DNA of 64,000 nt from an uncultured Bdellovibrionales bacterium (GTDB lineage: Bacteria; Patescibacteriota; Minisyncoccia; Moranbacterales; UBA1568): contig CAZOKB010000003.1 in assembly GCA_964580285.1 (NCBI GenBank), positions 31,403 through 95,402 of the forward strand, in the 5' to 3' direction. The translations under genes were made by a program, and so were the position numbers. Below, one piece after another: positions 28,734-37,745 of this stretch; position 1 is the stretch's first letter, and each line of letters opens with the position of its first letter. The notes below the pieces were generated by a model that worked only from the letters and a program-made list of their open reading frames with translations, was not told the origin of the DNA and made no database searches.

Positions 28734-29141
28734 TTATCGTCGTCGATCCAAAAGGGCCGCGAGCGCTTTGAGCTTTTCTTCGTTGATTTCTTTCTTGTCA
28801 TTCACCGACTGTACCGCGGCACTCGTCCGCTGAGTCACTACTTTCGGCGGCCCCGTGACGTGTACCGGTCGCTCCCACACCGATATTTTCGGTCGAAACA
28901 GAAAAAAAAGACCATGGAACACGAAACTCGTCATAGGCATGCCATTGGGCTTGTAAAAAGCGAACGCTAAAAAGGCCAGTGCGGTCGGTATCCCTATGAG
29001 CAAAAACAACTGAAAATCGAACATTGAGTAGAACAGGAGGAGCGTCGTGCTCATGGCAAACAACCAGCCCAGATGCTTCCAGGTGAAAGGTCCGACGATC
29101 TTGTCTTCTATATCAATGTATTGTGGGACAGCGCTCTGCAT
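28734..29141 (-). CDS. PrgI/VirB3-like small membrane protein
   Basis: Start MQSAVPQYIDIEDKIVGPFTWKHLGWL followed by two hydrophobic helices. Position immediately before VirB4 as in Gram-positive T4SS. Confidence 0.5.
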   Translation of the reverse strand: MQSAVPQYIDIEDKIVGPFTWKHLGWLFAMSTTLLLFYSMFDFQLFLLIGIPTALAFLAFAFYKPNGMPMTSFVFHGLFFLFRPKISVWERPVHVTGPPKVVTQRTSAAVQSVNDKKEINEEKLKALAALLDRRR

Positions 29142-29301
29142 ACAATTCCTCTCAAAGTATATCATGATTCTTCCGGGGACAGCCACACTCCCTATCACGA
29201 TAAGTATCATCTTCACACAGCCAAGGATCCAGTCTTTACCTTTTGAAAATCTAGATCCCGCCTGCGCGGGAAGAACCACCACTCTTCGATCTCAAAAAAT
29301 C

Positions 29302-30606
29302 TTACTCCTCCTCAAGACGGTCATTGCTCACTGGATCAATACGAAAGGGGTTGGGAATGTAGCTTGGGTTACGCTTCGGGGCCTGTGGCGGTTGGAGCGG
29401 AGCCTGCATAGCACTTGGTTTCGGAGTAGTTGGAACTGGAGCAGCAAGCTGTTCTGCCTCGTTCTGTACCAACAAATCCTTTTCCGCTGGCAACACATGT
29501 TTGGAAGAAAAATGCAGTGTTCCATTGGAAGGTGATACCGGCGCTGCTACTGGCTTGGTCGCTACATGCATTGATCCGGTCAACCCTAAGGATGCAAATT
29601 CTTCTGGGTTCACCTGGCGCACTACATTATGATCATTCAAAGCACGCGCATGCGGAGCAATCACAAAGTTATCCCGCTCGAAAGGTACTTCTTTTTGAGG
29701 TACTGGTGCTGCTGGAGCAGCCGCTGTTATATTGGCTGGTAGAGGCTGCGGAGCCGACATCACTGCTTCGCGAGTATCAAACTGGGGCATACGTTCTGGA
29801 GCACCCACCAAACCATGCTGCGGCCGAGGAGCGGCCACTGGAAACAGGATTTCCTGACGATCAGCGTCTACCACAAGCAACTCACTGTCTTCAATGGATC
29901 GGAGAATAAGCGCAATGCGCTCACGCTCTTCATCTGAGAGCTTCGCACCGTTCTGCGAGCGGAAGAGGAATTGCCCTCGAGTCACCGAGTCGTGATACCC
30001 CACCCCGAGTTCTTCGCGGTAGCATTTGATCCAATTCAAGAGCGATCCGCGCATTGGTTCAGCACTCGTCTTCAGTTTCACACGGGACTCCGTAATCGTC
30101 TGCTGCCCCAGTTGCGGAAAACGCGAAAGGGCTTCGAGGAGCGCAACGCGGACAGACGCATCGACTTTAATAGCACTCTTTTTCTCGTCATCAACTTCCT
30201 CTTTAGGCACAATAGTAAGAATATCACTCTTGATATACTCAACTATTGCTGTCAATTTCTGATTATCAGTTTTTCCGAAATGAACAAGGAGTGAAGCTAT
30301 TTTTTCTCTGCAAGTATCAATCGTCCATTCTTCAAAAAAAATCTTTCTCACAGCAAGACTTGCCACACCAACTTCTTCATTAGAGAGACTTAAAATGTCC
30401 TCCATGCTTTTGATTGCAATTGGCACCTCAAACGAGGTGAGTACTTTCTTTTTATTTAAGTCAAGACGATCGTATGCTTCCCATATTTTTTGGTCCTCTT
30501 GGTCCGAAACTTGGTTTTCTAAACCAGATTCATCAACAAGGAGTGGGTAATATCGTCTCGATTGAATTTTTTTTTCCATAACACTACACATGATCAGTCC
30601 ACTCAA
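29302..30606 (-). CDS. hypothetical protein with Pro-rich C-terminal half (434 aa)
   Basis: No TM helix. The C-terminal 150 aa are Pro/Ala/Gln-rich. Embedded in the T4SS-like operon. Confidence 0.45.
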   Translation of the reverse strand: MSGLIMCSVMEKKIQSRRYYPLLVDESGLENQVSDQEDQKIWEAYDRLDLNKKKVLTSFEVPIAIKSMEDILSLSNEEVGVASLAVRKIFFEEWTIDTCREKIASLLVHFGKTDNQKLTAIVEYIKSDILTIVPKEEVDDEKKSAIKVDASVRVALLEALSRFPQLGQQTITESRVKLKTSAEPMRGSLLNWIKCYREELGVGYHDSVTRGQFLFRSQNGAKLSDEERERIALILRSIEDSELLVVDADRQEILFPVAAPRPQHGLVGAPERMPQFDTREAVMSAPQPLPANITAAAPAAPVPQKEVPFERDNFVIAPHARALNDHNVVRQVNPEEFASLGLTGSMHVATKPVAAPVSPSNGTLHFSSKHVLPAEKDLLVQNEAEQLAAPVPTTPKPSAMQAPLQPPQAPKRNPSYIPNPFRIDPVSNDRLEEE

Positions 30607-30608
30607 GA

Positions 30609-32687
30609 CTATGGTTTAAGACCAGCGCCTCTCCAAGCCACTTTCTGTTGACTATTCAAGTTTTTGTATGCATCTATATGTTCCTGTGGCGTCCAATTAC
30701 CACTTGTAACCTGATCTTGGACGAAACTACGCAACTCTGCGTCTACCGGTGTGGCTGCATCTCCATGTATACCCTTTACTTTTCCAACTTCTGCTGCAGT
30801 CAGACCAGACAAATGTTTATCGTAGGCTGCCTGGCGACCCATACCGAGACCAATATCATAGTCAATCAGTGTCTTGAGATGACCTTCTTTCTTGATACGA
30901 CCATTCAATTTAGCCTGCAGCTCTGCATTTCCGCTAAGTGCACCAGAACTAATAAGGCTGGTATATTGAGCCCCACTACCCTTTAATGCACCAGCGTCTA
31001 CTTTTTCAATCAACTGAGCGGCCGACTTAGCATCATTACCCAAATGACCGAGGGCTGAAGTCAAATCATTCATGTCTTTAAACAGTGACTTATCAGCTTT
31101 TCTAATAAGCTCTGCTCGTTTTTCTGCTGACTGCGCCGTTGCCGCTCCACCATTCGCTCGATCAAGCGCTGTAATAGCAGAGTTTAATTCAGCGACATCA
31201 CGGAAACCATCACGCTTAGAGAGCATTCTGACTGCCGCCTCAACATCCTCAGCGCTCTGTGACTTTGGATTTACATTGTAATCATCAATTACTTTACGCA
31301 AGTCGTTATCACTCTTCCGTGCATCATCGAATTTCTTCTCGCTTTCTGATACCGCCTTGGTGTGCTTGTCGCGCACATAAGAGTCAGAGCGTCCAGCAAA
31401 CTTTGCCTTGTATTCTTCTTCTTTTTCCTTCGTTCTATCGCTCCAATATTTTGGAGTAAACAATTTAACACCCTTTGTCTTTTCAGCACGCTCCTTAAGA
31501 CCAGAACCCAGTCCTTTAGCACGTGTAGTGACCGGAGAAGCCATACCACGGCCCACGCCCAGCGCCAAGCCCTTACCCCAACCTCGAGCCTTCAATCCCC
31601 AGCCCTCAACCGTCTTAGCGCCAGCAATACCCATTTTGCTTGAGATACTAATCGTCATCCAGATCATGATCATCGGAATAGAGAAGAGAATCATCTGCTT
31701 AGCAAGCGCATCAGCCCCCGATCCTTGAGCTATACTCTCTGCTTGTTTATAAAAAGCATCTTCCGAAATCACACTCATAAAACGGACAGTCACCAAGAGC
31801 ATCAGCATTGCAACTGGTCCGAAAATAAGGTACTGATTAAATTTATCCCACCACTCTTTGGAATATTTACTAATCGCATCAAGCGGAACCGCTGCCCCCA
31901 CAAACCCGATCGGCGAAAAAATCACCAATACAATCAGTGCCGTGAGCCGAATAACAAACATAACCGCCAAGACTGCCAGCGAAATCGAGAATAAAAACAT
32001 AAAGACGATAGCAAGAAACAGTTGTGATATATTTGTATCTCCATAATTCACGCTATCATCAGCGTTGCGTATCGGCAACAATATCTTTTCCATTCTTGTT
32101 GACGAAAGTGCCCCTTTTTCAAGCGCACCACTCGCTGATGTTGCCCCACTACTTGCATTCATCATCTGCTTGGCAAAGAAGTACATGGGCACATTGGAAA
32201 CATCGATCAAGAAGCGTGCAATCGGAAAGCTGAAATTTACAAAGAGCGCCGCCAACACCACTGAGAGCAGCATTTTTTTGATACTGTACTTCTCGATCTG
32301 AAAGACGGTCGAGAAAGCGACGAGGAGGAGGGAAAAGATGAAGAACAGATTGAAGAAATCACGAATAAACTTCCAAAGCTCGTAAACAACTGATCGATTG
32401 AGAAGTCCGCTTGGTCCAGAAAGGTAATCCGGATTCACTGCAAATTCAAAAAGCGCAATCGCTCCGGAAGCCAACCAGGTAATGGGCGTAAAAATTACTT
32501 TATATAAAACCCAGTTAATGAAAGTCTTCAATCCAGCAATAAAATCTCCAAACAACCCTCCGCTTCCCGTTTCTACTGCCACTGTTTTTGATTGAGCAAA
32601 ACTAATATCCGGCACAAAAAATAAACAGAGTCCGATACATAAAAACAGTACCGAGAGCGCTATGACTTTCTTTTTGTTTCTCCTCAT
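30609..32687 (-). CDS. VirB6/TrbL-like polytopic membrane protein with long hydrophilic C-terminal domain
   Basis: Signal at MRRNKKKVIALSVLFLCIGLCLF. ~7 TM helices in the N-terminal 400 aa, then a ~290-aa Lys/Ala-rich soluble tail. Confidence 0.55.
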   Translation of the reverse strand: MRRNKKKVIALSVLFLCIGLCLFFVPDISFAQSKTVAVETGSGGLFGDFIAGLKTFINWVLYKVIFTPITWLASGAIALFEFAVNPDYLSGPSGLLNRSVVYELWKFIRDFFNLFFIFSLLLVAFSTVFQIEKYSIKKMLLSVVLAALFVNFSFPIARFLIDVSNVPMYFFAKQMMNASSGATSASGALEKGALSSTRMEKILLPIRNADDSVNYGDTNISQLFLAIVFMFLFSISLAVLAVMFVIRLTALIVLVIFSPIGFVGAAVPLDAISKYSKEWWDKFNQYLIFGPVAMLMLLVTVRFMSVISEDAFYKQAESIAQGSGADALAKQMILFSIPMIMIWMTISISSKMGIAGAKTVEGWGLKARGWGKGLALGVGRGMASPVTTRAKGLGSGLKERAEKTKGVKLFTPKYWSDRTKEKEEEYKAKFAGRSDSYVRDKHTKAVSESEKKFDDARKSDNDLRKVIDDYNVNPKSQSAEDVEAAVRMLSKRDGFRDVAELNSAITALDRANGGAATAQSAEKRAELIRKADKSLFKDMNDLTSALGHLGNDAKSAAQLIEKVDAGALKGSGAQYTSLISSGALSGNAELQAKLNGRIKKEGHLKTLIDYDIGLGMGRQAAYDKHLSGLTAAEVGKVKGIHGDAATPVDAELRSFVQDQVTSGNWTPQEHIDAYKNLNSQQKVAWRGAGLKP

Positions 32688-32782
32688 AAGTATATGCCCA
32701 AAGTATACCTCAAAGCCTAAGAAAAAAGAAGGAGGGTTAGCAAACATCGCTAACCCTCTGTTGTGTACAGCCGCCGACATCA

Positions 32783-33052
32783 TCAGCGGAACATCCAGCC
32801 AAGACCAACTCTCTTAGGCTGAGCTGCTGGTTGACTAACTTGTTGCTTCTTCTGGCGGCACTGCTCAAGAAGTACTCGATCACGCTTCGGAAATTGGTCA
32901 ACTCTGTGAGCACCTTGATACATCTCCCACATGTCCTGCAGGTGTTGACAATGTCCAAGCGATGGAGCACTATCCGCCCAAGTCGGAGTAGGGACAGAAG
33001 AAATAGAAACGAGTGCCGCAGCGAGAGCGGCGATAAGAGAAAACTTTTTCAT
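32783..33052 (-). CDS. small secreted protein (89 aa)
   Basis: Signal peptide MKKFSLIAALAAALVSISS, GGAGGG RBS, two Cys. First gene after the hydrolase in the minus-strand operon. Confidence 0.45.
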   Translation of the reverse strand: MKKFSLIAALAAALVSISSVPTPTWADSAPSLGHCQHLQDMWEMYQGAHRVDQFPKRDRVLLEQCRQKKQQVSQPAAQPKRVGLGWMFR

Positions 33053-33276
33053 GATGCCCTCCGTGTGGCGGGAAAAAGAAGAAACGTAAAGCCCTGACGA
33101 GCCAAACGACTGCGCAAGGCAGCTATCAGATGGTCAAGAAAGGCGCCTAAAAAGGAGAAAAGCGCGTTGTATAAAAAAATCATCTGGTAGCTGCCCTGGC
33201 GATTTTCAGTTGTTAACGAGCTCTTTTATAAGGAAAAATTACCAGAAAACCACAGTTTTGTCAAATTCTACAATTC

Positions 33277-34482
33277 CTAGTAAATAAATCCCTTAATAGC
33301 GCGGCTGGAAGCTGAGAGAGTCCGCCGGCTCACCTTACCCCAACCCACGTAGTTCATCTCACTCACCGTAATCGAATCGCCATTTACTCGTTCTACCAAA
33401 GCCACATGGCCATAGTAACGGTTTTCAGTGGTCACCATCATAGCACCCGCCTGTGGACGGCGGCCGGTTTTGTATCCCAGAGATTTCGCTTTATAGAGCC
33501 AGGTCCCCGCATTACCGCTCCACGGCACATAGCGCTTCTGGGCCACATACCATGTGCACCATCCATACGGAAAGCGATGTCCTGACCCTGCTTTGCCATC
33601 CAGTGTACGGAAACCAGAAATATCCGTCGCTGTACCACCACCTGTGGTGGCATACTGCCGGCGGGCCAAGGTATTGGTAGCTGGTGAAGCATTTTGCGAA
33701 GCTTCTTCTTTTTGTCCGTTCGGAATGATGATGGAATCCCCAATCGAAAGCTCTCCATTGGCTGGTAAACTATTGAACGAGATGATCTTTTCTTTTTCGG
33801 CTTTGTATTTAGCCGCAATAGAATCAATCGTATCACCTGATTTCACTACATAGGAGAGTCCCGCCACCGGCAGAATAAATATCTGATCACCTGGTTTGAT
33901 CTCATCTGGATTATCCAAATCATTGGCCCACAGAATGGTATTGACCGTAATCCCATTGCGAGCGGCAATCCCGCTCACTGTGTCCCCATTCACGACAGTA
34001 TAAATCTTTACGCCACCATCTTCTTCCGGGTCTTTGGCCATAGCTAAATGCCCACCCGCCTGAGAAGACAGCACGATTTGATTCTGTTCGGCAATACCAT
34101 TGATATCAAACAAGGTGGTATCATCTTTCTGATCCGGATCAGCATTCAGATTCACAGCCGAAAGCGGTACCAACGAGAGATTCTCTCTTTTACTGGTTTG
34201 CGCTGCAATTTTATGCGTACCAGCAGCTCCGGAAGCCGCCTGGGCTCCATCGGCATACCCAAACAAAAAGGCATTCGTGTCTTTACCGTGAGAAAAATTG
34301 GTGGCCGAAACCAAGAGCGCACTTGAAGCTACTACCGAAAAAGCCGAGTATTCTCGGAACCAATGCACCACCCGGTAGCCAGACGCCTCTTTGAGAGCAA
34401 TCAGGGCCTTGGATTGAAGATGATGAATTTTTGTATGGAGACGAGACAGCAAGTCGCGAAGACTTGCTGGTGTATCATCCAT
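33277..34482 (-). CDS. peptidoglycan hydrolase with 2 LysM domains and C-terminal CHAP domain
   Basis: LysM repeats YTVVNGDTVSGIAARNGITVNTILWAN and YVVKSGDTIDSIAAKYKAEKEKIISFN. CHAP Cys/His region GWCTWYV…YGHVALVE. Confidence 0.8.
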   Translation of the reverse strand: MDDTPASLRDLLSRLHTKIHHLQSKALIALKEASGYRVVHWFREYSAFSVVASSALLVSATNFSHGKDTNAFLFGYADGAQAASGAAGTHKIAAQTSKRENLSLVPLSAVNLNADPDQKDDTTLFDINGIAEQNQIVLSSQAGGHLAMAKDPEEDGGVKIYTVVNGDTVSGIAARNGITVNTILWANDLDNPDEIKPGDQIFILPVAGLSYVVKSGDTIDSIAAKYKAEKEKIISFNSLPANGELSIGDSIIIPNGQKEEASQNASPATNTLARRQYATTGGGTATDISGFRTLDGKAGSGHRFPYGWCTWYVAQKRYVPWSGNAGTWLYKAKSLGYKTGRRPQAGAMMVTTENRYYGHVALVERVNGDSITVSEMNYVGWGKVSRRTLSASSRAIKGFIY

Positions 34483-34695
34483 AGCGTCACGTCCATAAGC
34501 TGCCCGGAGCTTCTCGACGCCCTTCGTAAGGAATGTTGGGAAACGAATACTCGTTTTCCTTTCTCTGAAAAGAGCCTTGGTTTACCCGGCGAAACCCTTT
34601 CGCTCAACGGTAAACATAGGGCTTTTTTCCTAAGAGTTACAGACTCGATTCTAGCGTATGGTGTCATTCCAGTCAATCCAAAATACCTCGATTTT

Positions 34696-34726
34696 TATAT
34701 TTTTTGCTTTAGATAAAGCAAAAAAT
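34696..34726. promoter_or_regulatory. palindrome in divergent promoter region between the hydrolase and recombinase genes
   Basis: ttttgcttta-gat-aaagcaaaa inverted repeat flanked by A/T runs. Confidence 0.3.
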
Positions 34727-34841
34727 ATGTGGATAACTCACACTCTTCTCTGCCTTCGCTCGAGACTTGTCTCTACGCTATACTGTATCTATGTCGCATA
34801 ACTCTGTATTTGGAAAAATCAGGTAGCCTACTGTCTTTTCT

Positions 34842-35795
34842 ATGCATTTCCAAAAACCATCTGCCCCTATCGAGGAGTACGCCAAGTGTTTTCTTGAACA
34901 CCTTGAGATCGAACTCAATCGGTCACTCCGCACTATCGATAGCTACGGCCGCTGTCTCACTCAATTCATTCGAGAAACTGGCGTGAAGACACCTGAAGAT
35001 ATCAATCAGGCTGTTTTACGAGAATACCGTCTCTCCCTCAATCGGCGCGAAACTCACCGCGGGGCCACTCTCAAGAAAAATACCCAGAGCTACCATGCCA
35101 TCGTACTCCGTTCTTTCCTGAAATTCTTGGCCAAGCAGGATATTAAAACCCTTTCAGCCGAAAAAATAGAAGTTGGGCACACCCCAACTCGCCAGGTGGA
35201 TTTCCTTGATCCAGAGGAAGTAGAACGCATGATTCTGGCCACCCAAGGATCAACCCTGCGTAATCTCCGCGACCGTGCCATTCTTGAGCTCTTCTTCTCT
35301 TCCGGCCTCCGGGTTTCCGAACTGACCTCGCTCGATCGCCAGCATATCAATCTTGAAAAAGAAGAATTCTCCGTGCGCGGTAAAGGAAGCAAACTCCGTA
35401 TTGTGTTCATTTCTCCCTCTGCCAAAGGTGCTCTCGAACGCTATCTCAACCAACGTGCCGATACCGACCCGGCCCTTTTTATCTCACTTCCCAAGAAAGG
35501 TCTCGTCAACAAAGAAAACTCTCGGCGCGACACCCTCCGCCTCACCCCGCGCAGTGTCCAACGGCTCGTCAAGTACTACGCTACCAAAGCCGGCATTGTC
35601 AAAGAGGTTCACCCCCATACCCTGCGCCACAGCTTCGCCACCGATCTTCTGATAAACGGAGCGGATATCCGCAGCGTGCAGGCCATGCTGGGTCACGCTT
35701 CCATCACCACCACTCAAATCTATACCCACGTCACCAACGAACACTTGAAAGAAATTCACAAGGCTTTTCATGATCGGCGGCGCGCAAAGAAATAA
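34842..35795 (+). CDS. tyrosine recombinase, XerC/XerD family
   Basis: Catalytic R (LRVSEL), HxxR (HTLRHSFAT) and Tyr (TTQIYTHV). XerD-like N-terminal core-binding domain. Confidence 0.8.
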   Translation: MHFQKPSAPIEEYAKCFLEHLEIELNRSLRTIDSYGRCLTQFIRETGVKTPEDINQAVLREYRLSLNRRETHRGATLKKNTQSYHAIVLRSFLKFLAKQDIKTLSAEKIEVGHTPTRQVDFLDPEEVERMILATQGSTLRNLRDRAILELFFSSGLRVSELTSLDRQHINLEKEEFSVRGKGSKLRIVFISPSAKGALERYLNQRADTDPALFISLPKKGLVNKENSRRDTLRLTPRSVQRLVKYYATKAGIVKEVHPHTLRHSFATDLLINGADIRSVQAMLGHASITTTQIYTHVTNEHLKEIHKAFHDRRRAKK

Positions 35796-35830
35796 TTCCT
35801 GTTTGCTTATCTTTATTCGCTCTTCTCTCT

Positions 35831-37693
35831 ATGTTTTTTTTCTCTCAACGCACTGCTTTTGGTATAGCCACTCTCGCCATAACTCTCTTTTTCGCTTTTG
35901 GTCTCTACCACATTACTCAGTTCGAAACGACCGATGAACACTTTTGGAAGTATGATCGTATTCCTGCCTACTGGCAGGCACTGGAGGAAGGAAAATGGAA
36001 AAAAACCGCTATCAATGACAAACCTGGCATCACCATAGCCCTCATGGCTGGCCCAGGACTCCTCTTTGTCAATCCAACCGAGCACCGCCTGCGCGATCCA
36101 GAACTCACCCAGCACGATACTCTCACCCTCTACGACACCACTCAAACAGCCCGCATCAACCTCGCCTTCCGGCTGCCACTCCTCCTCTGTAACACACTCC
36201 TCCTCTTCCTGAGTTTCTTTCTCGCTCAACGCGCTTTTCGTTCCGACTCTATCGCCGCCAGCTTCATTGTTGCTCTGGTAAGTTTTCCTTTTCTTATCGG
36301 TCTCTCGCAAATCATCAATCCCGACACTCTTCTCTGGTCAACCAGCAGCGTAGCCCTCTTGGCTTGGCTTGCTTTTCTTGAAACCGGTCGCTTCCGCTAC
36401 GCCTGTCTCACCGCTGTTTTTACTGCTCTCGCGCTCCTTTCAAAATACACTGGCAATTTTCTCTTCCCACTTTTTCTGGCCCTTGGCATACTCCACCCGC
36501 TTTTCCGACCAACCTTCCTTTCCGAGCGTGCAGCACTCCAAGCCTTCCTGCGTTCTTTACTACTTGGCTTCGTTCTTGTTCTTCTCATCTCTCCTCTCAT
36601 CTTTGCATTTTTTCTCCCCGCTGTCTTTGTAAAACCAGCGCTCCTGTTTCAGGGTACCCTTGGTTTTCTTCATACAGCTCATCTTTTATTTCCCTTACTC
36701 TTCATCGTTCTCCTCCTCGCTTTCGATACCCTCGGCAACCAGGCACGTTCCTTTTTTCGCTTGTTCCAACTAACTCCCTCCCCGTCTTTCCGCATCTTCA
36801 CTCGCACCACCTTCTTCCTCGCTATTCTCTTTTTTGCGCTTACCCTCTGTCTCGGTAATATTCTCCAACCCTTTCTCGAAACTGCTAAAACGGATGGTGC
36901 CCTCGCCTTTCCACTCCTTGCTTCCTGGCCAGCACCTCTTGCCTTTGGCCTCCAGATTCTCGGCGAAGCCTCCGCTTTCGTCTTTTCTGTTCCACCTCTC
37001 CTTTGGGCACTCCTCTTCTTTTGGTTCTTGCGTTCTCTTTTCTTACCACTCACCCCTCGCACTACCCTCACCTTACTTCTGCTCTGGTTTACCATCGCGT
37101 TTTGTATCGCTGCCTTAGGACAAGGAGTGCTCCTGAACGCTCGTTACAGCGTTATCTTCTTTCCGCTCTTGGCGCTCCTTCTCGCTTTCGCTCTCGATGA
37201 CCTGGCCACGCTCATTCCCAACCGTTTTCATCCCAAGACCGCACTCCTCATTGGCCTCCTGTGTCTCAGCGCATTCACACTCTGGTACACCAAACCCTTC
37301 TTTTTTAACTATACCTCCCCGTTGCTCCAATCCTCCTTTGCTCTCCATGACGGCTGGGGTTTGGGCTATTACGAAGCCGCTCAGTACCTCAATTCCCTTC
37401 CCAACAAAGACCAACTTATCATTTGGAGTGATCGCAATGTGATCTGCCCGTTTCTCACAGGTCCACGCTGTCTCTCCGGTTATCAGCTCGATCTCTCTCG
37501 GGTCACACCGGATTATTTTATCGTGAGCAAGCGCGGTGTTGAGCGCAACTATATTCCCCGCGACCGCGCTACCAAACAACCCCTCCTTGATTACACGCGT
37601 CTCTCCGAGTATGCTCGAGAAGCGGTTTGGCGCCTGAATATTGGCAACCGCCCTGATAATTTTGTCATGATTCTCCCGGCATCTCTACCATAA
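35831..37693 (+). CDS. GT-C-fold glycosyltransferase, ArnT/PMT (COG1807-like) family, paralog 1
   Basis: 620 aa, >10 TM helices. DEHFW motif in the first extracytoplasmic loop. Conserved C-terminal soluble domain. Confidence 0.55.
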   Translation: MFFFSQRTAFGIATLAITLFFAFGLYHITQFETTDEHFWKYDRIPAYWQALEEGKWKKTAINDKPGITIALMAGPGLLFVNPTEHRLRDPELTQHDTLTLYDTTQTARINLAFRLPLLLCNTLLLFLSFFLAQRAFRSDSIAASFIVALVSFPFLIGLSQIINPDTLLWSTSSVALLAWLAFLETGRFRYACLTAVFTALALLSKYTGNFLFPLFLALGILHPLFRPTFLSERAALQAFLRSLLLGFVLVLLISPLIFAFFLPAVFVKPALLFQGTLGFLHTAHLLFPLLFIVLLLAFDTLGNQARSFFRLFQLTPSPSFRIFTRTTFFLAILFFALTLCLGNILQPFLETAKTDGALAFPLLASWPAPLAFGLQILGEASAFVFSVPPLLWALLFFWFLRSLFLPLTPRTTLTLLLLWFTIAFCIAALGQGVLLNARYSVIFFPLLALLLAFALDDLATLIPNRFHPKTALLIGLLCLSAFTLWYTKPFFFNYTSPLLQSSFALHDGWGLGYYEAAQYLNSLPNKDQLIIWSDRNVICPFLTGPRCLSGYQLDLSRVTPDYFIVSKRGVERNYIPRDRATKQPLLDYTRLSEYAREAVWRLNIGNRPDNFVMILPASLP

Positions 37694-37745
37694 CCTCTAC
37701 GAGATCATTCTGGTTTCTGTCCGAAACCTCTGAGACTCATCCGCT

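Noticed and set aside
33225-33264. Minus-strand promoter TTGACA-N17-TAATTT upstream of the small secreted gene
   Set aside because: The -10 is weak (4/6) and the site lies within an operon that is probably driven from further upstream. It is not reported as a feature.
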